From the NCBI GenBank assembly GCA_040754335.1, contig JBFMCV010000006.1, forward strand, positions 10,964 through 74,963: a DNA stretch of 64,000 nucleotides. Reading direction: 5' to 3'. Positions 37,318-45,101 of this stretch are shown here, in pieces. The notes beneath the pieces were generated by a model. It was not told the origin of the DNA, did not search any database, and was given only the letters and a program-made list of their open reading frames with translations. Position numbers and translations under genes: made by a program. The stretch comes from Thermodesulfobacteriota bacterium (GTDB taxonomy: Bacteria > Desulfobacterota_D > UBA1144 > Nemesobacterales > UBA2774). The stretch's first letter is position 1, and each line of letters opens with the position of its first letter.

Positions 37318-40300
37318 TTGATTGCGGCTCGGATTTCCTTATTGAATAAATATAGAAAAGTATCTGCATTATTGGTCGGCGGTCTCGGGTTAATAGTAAT
37401 CCTGGCGGTCCTCTCTCTACTGTTCGTCAAAAGGCTCGTGAGCCCGGAGCGGGTAAAAGAGGATTTGCGTGCGTATCTCTCTCTCAAGATCGGAGGGACG
37501 GTCGAATTCGGCGGTGTCGAGATAAATTACATGCCCGGTCCCCACGTCGTGCTGAGAGACGGTCAATTCTCCGTTCCCGGCAGGATGGAAGGGAGCTTCG
37601 AGACCCTCATCGTCTATCCGAAAGTATTGCCCCTGCTGAAGGGGAGGGTCGAAGTATCGAGACTGAAAATTATCAGGCCCGAAATTAAAATTTTCGTACA
37701 TGAGCCGCCTGCCGAAGAAATCCCCGGGTCGGACGATTCTTTCTCGTTCGGGATCTTGAAAGATAACCTCAAAGGGGCCTTGGACAACCTCGATTCCCAC
37801 GGGAGCGGGCTCAACGCCAGGATAGAGGACGGGACGCTCGTATTGCAAAAGGACTCTGCGCCCGCATTGAGCTTCAGCGGTATGAACGCCGATCTCACGC
37901 TGCCGGACGATAAGCTCAGGATAAGCGTGAAGAGCGCATCCAATCTCTGGGACTCCTTCGACTTCAGGGCGTGGATAGACGTGAAAAATCATCAGGGCTC
38001 GGGGAGCCTCCACATCAGGGGCGGGAAACCCCACAGGTTCATGGACTTCTACCTGCCTGACAAAAAGATAGTATCCGACTCGGGCCTTAATCTTGCTTTG
38101 AAATTCGACACGAGGGACTTGAATGTATTCCACTCCACGCTCAGTGCGTCCGTGCCTAAACTGGTATTGACAGGCGGCGGCGAGGAGCTCGACCTCAGCG
38201 CTTCGGACATCGACGCCGATCTTTATTTCGACGACGTGAAGCAGGTGCTCTCCCTCGAATCAGCAAAGCTCATAAACCCCGGTCTCGACCTCAGCGGGAA
38301 ATATACCGTCGATAAAAAACTGTCCACGGTAAGCCTGTCGCTCCTGGGGAAGAACGTGGACGTGGTCTCCGTCAGGAATGGAGCTTTGTTCATTGCGGGG
38401 GAGCGTAAAGTGACCGACTCAATATTCGAAGTCGTGAGGGGCGGAACGGTCCCGCAAGTCACGCTCGATGCGGAGGCGCCTTCATTCGGGGAGTTATGGA
38501 AGAAAGGTAATTTCAGGATTGAGGGCGATATGGTGAACGGCCGCATATACATTCCCCCCGCCGAGTTCGATATAGTCGAAGCGAACGGGCACGCGGTCAT
38601 TGAGGGCGGTTTGCTCAAGGGCACGAACCTCTCGGGCAAACTAGGGAATTCGAAGGGCCATGACGGGACCCTCCTTTTAGGGCTCGGCGAGCCGCCTGAC
38701 GGGCCTTTCACCCTCGATATAATGATAGACGCCGACCCCTCTCAGGTTCCCCCGGTTATCGAGCAGTTCGTCCGTGACGAGAGTGTTAAGAACGAGATGC
38801 GGCTTATAAAGAATGTCCGGGGTACGGCTACGGGCAGGCTTGTTCTAGGCGAGAAGAAGCGCGCAACGAAGGCCAAGATCAGTGTTTCCGGCTTCGACTT
38901 CACAGCCGAATACGACGGCCGCTTCCCCTTTCCGGTGCGCGTGAAGGGGGGCACATTCGATTATCAGAATAATAAGATCGTTGTCGCGAACGTCGCCGCG
39001 GATATGGGCAAATCGAGCTCTACTCTGGTGTCCGGTTCCTATGAATGGGGAGACAACGATTATTTCAGCGTCGCATCGGCCGACACCTCGCTCGACCTGG
39101 GCGAATTCCATCCGTGGCTCTCGTCGTTCGCTTCCCTGAAACCCGGCCTCGGGGAAATTCAATCCGCCTCCGGAACGGCTTTCTTCAAAACACTCGAATT
39201 TTCAGGAGCGCCTTCCAATCCCGGAGGTTGGGATGTCAGCGGGGAAGGGGAGCTCAGGGCTGTGAGCCTCGGGCTTGCGGGTTTCGGCGACTTGATAACC
39301 GTAACCGGCGCCGATATCAGATCGACCCCGGGTCAATTTTCGATATCGAATGCCGCCGTGTCGCTCCGCGGGAGCGTGGTCACGATGGAGATGGCACTCA
39401 GCAACTACCTAACCGACCTGCTCCAGATGAGGGTGGATTTCTCCGGGACCCTCGAACCCGCGGCCATGGACGAATTGTCGGGCTACATCGACCTGCCCGA
39501 GGAGCTCGTTTTTACGAGCCCGCTTTCGGTGAAAGACTCGTCGCTCGTACTCGGTAACGGAAGAGAAAAACCGGGAGCCGGCGCGCTCGGTCCTTCGGGC
39601 ACTCCCGTGAAAAATCCCGGCAAAAAACTGAGCCTTACCCTCAATATCGAGACAGATAACCTCGAATGGCAGGATTCCCCCAAGGACGCCCCTCAGAATC
39701 AGCAGCCCCCGCGGAGCGCTGAGTGGAATTCACCGGTACTGGGGGCGGTAAACCTTAAATCGCAGAATTTTAAATTCAAAAAACTCAACTGGGACTCCGT
39801 GGATTCCGTAATCACGTTCCTCGACCATGGTGTCAATATAGACGTCAACAGCGCTAAACTATGCGGTATCTCGACGCCCGGTCTTCTGCGGATAAACCCG
39901 CCCGGGCTCAGGTTCGAATTCAAGCCCGCTGCGACCGGCGGCGAGATCGCTTCGGTCATCAAATGCCTCCTCGATAAAGCCGGCATCATTTCGGGCGACC
40001 TCGATCTCCAGGCAACCATATCTTCCGACGGCAGCCCCGGGCGGGAGCTATACAATAACCTCAAGGGCACCGTGGAGCTCAATTCGCGGAGCGGTCGCGT
40101 GGAGAAATACGGCGGTCTCGCGAAGTTCTTTACGGTGCTCAATTTCGGCGAGCTGTTCAGGGGTGACGGGCCGGATTTCGAAAAGCACGGCTTCCCCTAC
40201 GATAAACTCACGGCCAAGGCGGACGTAGAGGAGGGAAAGATTCAGATCAGGGAGGCGGTAATGGACGGCCCTTCGATCAAAGTCGTATGCGAGGGGTTCA

Positions 40301-40668
40301 TCGATCTCGTGAACATGAGGCTCGACCTTGAGCTCCTCGTCATTCCCGTGATGGCCGTGGATTCGGTGATCGAAAAGATACCGCTCGTGAATTTCCTCCT
40401 CGGGAAAAACTTCGTCTCTATACCGATAAAGGTGACGGGGGACATATCCGATCCCCATGTGACGACGATATCCCCTACTGCTGTCAGCTTCGGGCTCCTC
40501 GGCCTCATAAAGCAAACGCTCAACATACCCGTAACGATATTCAAACCCGTGAGCAGGAACGGGGATGCGGGGGATAAAAAGGAGAGCTCCGGGAAAGACC
40601 TGGCGGACGAAAATCAACCTACCGGCCATCCGGCGGAGTCATTAAACAGCGACGGACTCAACCGATGA
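37318..40668 (+). CDS. AsmA-family (AsmA/TamB-like) giant inner-membrane-anchored periplasmic protein.
   Basis: It is 1116 aa with a single N-terminal TM anchor. It has a long beta-rich body with low-complexity G/S/D repeats and a C-terminal AsmA_2-like region (LDLELLVIPV...IPIKVTGDISDP). It starts with TTG. Confidence 0.6.
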   Translation: MIAARISLLNKYRKVSALLVGGLGLIVILAVLSLLFVKRLVSPERVKEDLRAYLSLKIGGTVEFGGVEINYMPGPHVVLRDGQFSVPGRMEGSFETLIVYPKVLPLLKGRVEVSRLKIIRPEIKIFVHEPPAEEIPGSDDSFSFGILKDNLKGALDNLDSHGSGLNARIEDGTLVLQKDSAPALSFSGMNADLTLPDDKLRISVKSASNLWDSFDFRAWIDVKNHQGSGSLHIRGGKPHRFMDFYLPDKKIVSDSGLNLALKFDTRDLNVFHSTLSASVPKLVLTGGGEELDLSASDIDADLYFDDVKQVLSLESAKLINPGLDLSGKYTVDKKLSTVSLSLLGKNVDVVSVRNGALFIAGERKVTDSIFEVVRGGTVPQVTLDAEAPSFGELWKKGNFRIEGDMVNGRIYIPPAEFDIVEANGHAVIEGGLLKGTNLSGKLGNSKGHDGTLLLGLGEPPDGPFTLDIMIDADPSQVPPVIEQFVRDESVKNEMRLIKNVRGTATGRLVLGEKKRATKAKISVSGFDFTAEYDGRFPFPVRVKGGTFDYQNNKIVVANVAADMGKSSSTLVSGSYEWGDNDYFSVASADTSLDLGEFHPWLSSFASLKPGLGEIQSASGTAFFKTLEFSGAPSNPGGWDVSGEGELRAVSLGLAGFGDLITVTGADIRSTPGQFSISNAAVSLRGSVVTMEMALSNYLTDLLQMRVDFSGTLEPAAMDELSGYIDLPEELVFTSPLSVKDSSLVLGNGREKPGAGALGPSGTPVKNPGKKLSLTLNIETDNLEWQDSPKDAPQNQQPPRSAEWNSPVLGAVNLKSQNFKFKKLNWDSVDSVITFLDHGVNIDVNSAKLCGISTPGLLRINPPGLRFEFKPAATGGEIASVIKCLLDKAGIISGDLDLQATISSDGSPGRELYNNLKGTVELNSRSGRVEKYGGLAKFFTVLNFGELFRGDGPDFEKHGFPYDKLTAKADVEEGKIQIREAVMDGPSIKVVCEGFIDLVNMRLDLELLVIPVMAVDSVIEKIPLVNFLLGKNFVSIPIKVTGDISDPHVTTISPTAVSFGLLGLIKQTLNIPVTIFKPVSRNGDAGDKKESSGKDLADENQPTGHPAESLNSDGLNR

Positions 40669-40712
40669 GTTATACCACCATCCGTTCGGCATTCAGCGAT
40701 GTATGGTATCGT

Positions 40713-41138
40713 TCATTTGTTTCTCAGTATGTCCCTGATCTCCGCTAGCAGCTTCTCCTCGTTCGAAGGCACGGGCGGGGCAGGCGCGGTCTCTTTCTCT
40801 TCTCTCAGCTTGTTGATATTCCTCACGAGGATAAATACAGCGAAAGCTACTATGAGGAAGCTGATTATCGTATTTATAAACTTGCCGTAATTTATGGTCA
40901 CGGCACCCGCTTTCGCGGCGTCCGAAAGCGCGGGGTAGGGGCCCGGGGGCGTCCCTTCCCTGAGCACAAAAAACAGGTTCGAAAAATCGACGTCGCCCAG
41001 GACGAGCCCTATGGGGGGCATCATCACGTCGTTAACGAGAGACTGGACGATCGTCCCGAATGCTGCTCCGATGATAATGCCGACGGCCATATCGACGACA
41101 TTCCCCCGCATGGCAAATTCTTTAAATTCCTTAAGCAT
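40713..41138 (-). CDS. mscL: Large-conductance mechanosensitive channel.
   Basis: The N-terminus [28 protein letters not shown] is nearly identical to the MscL consensus. It is 141 aa. Confidence 0.9.
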   Translation of the reverse strand: MLKEFKEFAMRGNVVDMAVGIIIGAAFGTIVQSLVNDVMMPPIGLVLGDVDFSNLFFVLREGTPPGPYPALSDAAKAGAVTINYGKFINTIISFLIVAFAVFILVRNINKLREEKETAPAPPVPSNEEKLLAEIRDILRNK

Positions 41139-41281
41139 AATTGATATCCGCTATCCGGGACTTGGTTCTAGTATCTCACACGCCGTTTTTAATATCAATG
41201 ATTTATTCGTCCCGGACTGCCGGGAATTAGACTCGGGATAAGCGGGCTGATAAAATAAAGGCCTTGAGGGCCGCGTCTCAT

Positions 41282-41560
41282 ATGGAAGACAGCAAGAGGG
41301 TGGAAATTACGTACTGCAGGCAGTGCCGCTGGCTGTTGAGGGCGTCCTGGATGGCCCAGGAGCTTCTGACGACGTTCGACGTCGAGCTCGGCGAGGTAGC
41401 TCTCGTGCCCGGCACGGGCGGGATATTCGAGGTCAGGGTAGGGGACGAGCTCGTCTGGTCACGGAAGGAGAGGGGGAGGTTCCCAGATATAAAAGAGCTC
41501 AAGCAGCTCGTAAGAGACAGGGTAGCCCCCGGCAGGGACCTCGGCCACTCGGACGGATAA
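41282..41560 (+). CDS. Rdx/SelW/SelT-family thioredoxin-like protein (Cys form).
   Basis: It has ITYCRQCRW, the family's CxxC/CxxU motif. It is ~92 aa. Confidence 0.55.
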   Translation: MEDSKRVEITYCRQCRWLLRASWMAQELLTTFDVELGEVALVPGTGGIFEVRVGDELVWSRKERGRFPDIKELKQLVRDRVAPGRDLGHSDG

Positions 41561-41661
41561 AACGTATACGGGAACGCCTCGTGTACGTAGTGTTGCCTTT
41601 GTCCTCGTTCCGTAGCTCGTTTGGTGCACCAGGTTTCCTCGTCTGTGTATAATATTCCTCC

Positions 41662-42369
41662 ATGCCCGTATACCTTCTCGACGATTCGCTCGTCTTCCCT
41701 GATCCCATGCACGCGGAGCCGAACGGGCTTCTCGCCGTGGGAGGGGACCTCAGCGTCCCGAGGCTACTCTTGGCATACAGGAGCGGCATCTTCCCCTGGT
41801 ACTCCGAAAACAATCCGATCCTGTGGTTTTCCCCAGACCCCCGGCTGGTTCTCACTCTTGAGGATCTCTACGTTTCGAGGAAGTTAAAGAAGGTCTTGAA
41901 ATCAGCCCAATTCGAAGTCTTCTTCGACACGGCTTTCGGCGATGTCATAAGGAGCTGCTCCGCTGTCAGCCGGAAGGGGCAGACAGGGACCTGGATCACG
42001 AGAGACATGATCCGCGCTTATACGGAGCTCCACGAACTCGGTTACGCCCACTCCGTCGAAACGTATCACGAGGGGGAGCTCGCGGGAGGGCTCTACGGCG
42101 TCGCGATAGGCGGAGTCTTTTTCGGGGAATCCATGTTCCACATCGTCAGCGACACGTCGAAGGTCGCGCTCTATCACCTGGTGGAGAAGCTCCGCGAGCT
42201 CGGTTTCGATTTCATAGATTCCCAGGTGCCCAACACTCATATGAAAAGGATGGGAGGAAGGGAGGTCGGGAGAGAGAGCTTCCTTGTAATGCTCCGGGAT
42301 GCGGTGAATAAAAAGACCCCGCTCGGGAAGTGGACGGATAACAGGAATTTGAAATTAGAGAGGCTCTGA
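41662..42369 (+). CDS. aat: Leucyl/phenylalanyl-tRNA--protein transferase.
   Basis: It has PWYS...PILWFSPDPR and the downstream GESMF motif. Confidence 0.85.
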   Translation: MPVYLLDDSLVFPDPMHAEPNGLLAVGGDLSVPRLLLAYRSGIFPWYSENNPILWFSPDPRLVLTLEDLYVSRKLKKVLKSAQFEVFFDTAFGDVIRSCSAVSRKGQTGTWITRDMIRAYTELHELGYAHSVETYHEGELAGGLYGVAIGGVFFGESMFHIVSDTSKVALYHLVEKLRELGFDFIDSQVPNTHMKRMGGREVGRESFLVMLRDAVNKKTPLGKWTDNRNLKLERL

Positions 42370-42426
42370 GTAACATCTTTGCGGATTATTCCCGGCATGA
42401 GCCGAAATCATCCGTCAAGGAGGAGG

Positions 42427-43065
42427 AGTATGAAATCTATATTATGCTACGGGGATTCCATAACATGGGGTTATAACCCCGCAGACGGGACGAGGTTCCC
42501 GTTCGCGGACAGGTGGCCCGGGATATTGCAGACGGAGCTCGGAGAGGCGTACAGGGTAATAGAAGAAGCTCTGCCGGGCAGGACGACGAGCATAGACAGC
42601 CCTTATCTCCCGGACAGGAACGGAAAAAAGTCCCTCCCGCTCGTGCTCGAGAGCCACTTGCCCGTCGATCTCTTCATATTGATGCTCGGCACGAACGACC
42701 TCTGGAAACCGCTCGGCCTCTCAGCCTCGGACATAGCAGCGTCCTGCATGTCGCTTATATGGACCGTGCAGAAGGCAATGGCGGGGCCTGCGTACGGCGT
42801 CCCTAAGATACTGCTCATAGCCCCTCAGCCGCTTGGCCCGCTCTCGCCTTTTATGAAGTTTTATTTCGAAGGCCGGGCGCAGGTCTCGAGGGCGCTCGCT
42901 GGAGAGTACAGGAAAGCGGCCGGTATTACCGGCAGTCACTTCCTTGACGCGTCTAAATACGTGAAGTCGAGCAGGATCGACGGGGTTCACCTGGACGCCC
43001 CCGGGCAGAGGAAGCTCGCCCTGGGGGTGAAAAAGTCAGTCCTCTCGATTCTCGCTGGAAAATGA
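42427..43065 (+). CDS. SGNH/GDSL hydrolase (arylesterase-like).
   Basis: It has MKSILCYGDSITWGY (block I, Ser nucleophile) and a DGVHL catalytic His block. A strong RBS (AAGGAGGAGGAG) precedes the internal ATG. Confidence 0.8.
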   Translation, partial: SMKSILCYGDSITWGYNPADGTRFPFADRWPGILQTELGEAYRVIEEALPGRTTSIDSPYLPDRNGKKSLPLVLESHLPVDLFILMLGTNDLWKPLGLSASDIAASCMSLIWTVQKAMAGPAYGVPKILLIAPQPLGPLSPFMKFYFEGRAQVSRALAGEYRKAAGITGSHFLDASKYVKSSRIDGVHLDAPGQRKLALGVKKSVLSILAGK

Positions 43066-43093
43066 GTACGGCATTGGGCCCGGTGCGTTAAAA

Positions 43094-43121
43094 TTGAAAA
43101 TTGACGGACTGCATGTATAAT
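43094..43121 (+). promoter_or_regulatory. Candidate sigma70 promoter (TTGAAA-16 nt-TATAAT) upstream of the NMNAT-like gene.
   Basis: The sequence is aaaTTGAAAattgacggactgcatgTATAATgaac. It lies ~95 nt upstream of the start codon at 43217. Confidence 0.35.
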
Positions 43122-43216
43122 GAACACCGTTTTTTGGTATATAAAACTGGCCAGAGCCTGAATAATTAAAATCCGGAAATCAGCGAATCGATTAATATGC
43201 GCAAGGAGGTTCTTTA

Positions 43217-43672
43217 ATGAGCGATTGGAAGGTTGTAAATCACGGACACCCGGATATTAAACCCTCAAAGGATAGAAGGGCCATCTTCATCGGCAGGTAT
43301 CAGCCCTACCACATGGGTCACATAAGCCTTGTCAGGCAGAAGCTCGACAAGGGCATTCCCTGCCTCATCATGGTGAGGGACATCCCGCCCGACCCCCAGA
43401 ACCCGTTCACGACCGAGCAGACCGTGGACATGATAAGAAAATACCATGCGAGCAAGGGGGACGATGTCGTGGTCATGATCATCCCGGATATAGAGTCCGT
43501 CAACTGGGGAAGGGGAGTCGGTTACGAGATGAACGAATTCTTCCCGCCCGATGATATAGGCTTCATCTCGGCTACAAAAATCAGGAACGCAATATCCGAA
43601 GGCAATGACGATTGGCGGAAGCTCGTAGACGAGTCCATTCAGGACGACGTCGTCAGGTATCTTAAAGGCTGA
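43217..43672 (+). CDS. Archaeal-type nicotinamide-nucleotide adenylyltransferase-like cytidylyltransferase (NadM/TagD fold).
   Basis: It has FIGRYQPYHMGH (HxGH), NPFTTEQTVDMI (cf. archaeal NMNAT NPFT(A/T)GER), and ISATKIRNAI (ISxT motif). It is 151 aa. Confidence 0.6.
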   Translation: MSDWKVVNHGHPDIKPSKDRRAIFIGRYQPYHMGHISLVRQKLDKGIPCLIMVRDIPPDPQNPFTTEQTVDMIRKYHASKGDDVVVMIIPDIESVNWGRGVGYEMNEFFPPDDIGFISATKIRNAISEGNDDWRKLVDESIQDDVVRYLKG

Positions 43673-43724
43673 CGCTCACTACGTAACCCCTCTATATTCT
43701 TCTGATAATTATCGAGATTGAATA

Positions 43725-43764
43725 CCCGGAAGGACGGCCCCCGGCTATCCTTTCCGGGTTTTTC
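43725..43764 (+). terminator. Rho-independent terminator candidate after the NMNAT-like gene.
   Basis: CCCGGAAGGAcggcccccggctaTCCTTTCCGGG is followed by TTTTTC. Confidence 0.5.
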
Positions 43765-43874
43765 TTCAATGGAGCTACGCCCTCCTCTTGCCGCTACCTT
43801 AGGATGAACTGAATGTTCCGTGTCCCTGTTCCAAAAAACGAGATTATAATATTGATGTAAAATGGAGTACTTGA

Positions 43875-44207
43875 GTGAATCGGATGACAGAGTCTAATCG
43901 TAACGAAAAAGAATTCAGCAATTTTCATCAGTTTTACGCGTATTACCTTTCGGAGCACGCGAACCCTCTTAACAGGCGCCTCCACTTTGCGGGGTGTATT
44001 CTGGTGCTGATAGTCGTCCTTACGGCGCTCCTCGCCGGGGAGCCGACCCTCCTCATTTTCGCCCCTCTATTCGGATACGGCCTCGCGTGGGCGGGGCATT
44101 ATTTCGTTGAGAAGAACAGCCCTGCCACGTTCAAACACCCGCTCTGGAGCCTTATGGGCGACTGGGTCATGTTCAAGGACATCATGATAGGGAAATTGAA
44201 GCTCTAG
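43875..44207 (+). CDS. DUF962 (Mpo1-like) membrane protein.
   Basis: FHQFYAYYLSEH.NP.NRRLHF.G...V...L........G...A.GHYFVEKN.PATF.HP matches the DUF962 consensus. Confidence 0.7.
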   Translation: MNRMTESNRNEKEFSNFHQFYAYYLSEHANPLNRRLHFAGCILVLIVVLTALLAGEPTLLIFAPLFGYGLAWAGHYFVEKNSPATFKHPLWSLMGDWVMFKDIMIGKLKL

Positions 44208-44344
44208 TTTCACCCTCGGACAGCTTTCCTTATATATCTTATTTGCCGGATATTCTGCATATCTTGTTTACAAAACAGCGCTTGACTGGGTAGAATCATT
44301 CATACCCGTTTCTATTTCCGCGACCGGGTGTCGAAATATCCGCA

Positions 44345-45091
44345 ATGCCAAGACTCCTTGTCTTTCAGCACGTAGCTCACGAGATTCTCGGAACGCTCGA
44401 CCCCCTGCTGAGGGGTTCCGGGTTCAGGATCAAGTACGTCAATTTCGAGCGGCATCCCGGCTTCGAGCCGAGCCTCGAGGGCTATGACGGCCTTATCGTG
44501 CTCGGAGGCCCTATGAACGTGGACGAGGTAGACAGATATCCGAATCTCGCCTATGAGGTGCAAATGATCCGCGAGGCTGTGAGGTCGGGCATGCCCGTTC
44601 TGGGCATTTGCCTCGGGTCGCAGCTTATTGCAAAAGCGCTCGGCGCCAGGGTGTATAAGAACCGTGAGAAGGAGATAGGCTGGTACGATCTTTCCCCGAC
44701 CGAGGCCGGCCGGAAGGACCCGCTCATTTCTCACTTCTCGGGCACGGAGAAGATATTCCAGTGGCACGGCGACACTTTCGACGTACCCGGAGGGGCGGTT
44801 CTCCTCGCTTCTTCCCCCCTCTGCAGGAATCAGGCCTTCCGTTACGGGGAAAACGTCTACGGCCTCCAGTTCCATCTCGAGGTCGACGAGCCCATGGTCG
44901 AGAGGTGGCTCCGCATACCGGGGAATAAAAAAGAGATCGAGGAATTAAACGGGAAGATCGATCCTGAAAGGATAAGAAAGGAAACCCCCGAATACATTCC
45001 CCGCCTTAAGGAGCTCAGCGACAGGGCGTTTGCGGGGTTCATCGGGTTCTTCGGATTCAATAAAAAACGGAAGACCCTCCCTTCGAGATAA
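44345..45091 (+). CDS. Class I glutamine amidotransferase-like protein.
   Basis: It has GLIVLGGPM, a catalytic Cys in GICLGSQLIA, and HGD...P. Confidence 0.8.
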   Translation: MPRLLVFQHVAHEILGTLDPLLRGSGFRIKYVNFERHPGFEPSLEGYDGLIVLGGPMNVDEVDRYPNLAYEVQMIREAVRSGMPVLGICLGSQLIAKALGARVYKNREKEIGWYDLSPTEAGRKDPLISHFSGTEKIFQWHGDTFDVPGGAVLLASSPLCRNQAFRYGENVYGLQFHLEVDEPMVERWLRIPGNKKEIEELNGKIDPERIRKETPEYIPRLKELSDRAFAGFIGFFGFNKKRKTLPSR

Positions 45092-45101
45092 TGATATCGG
45101 C

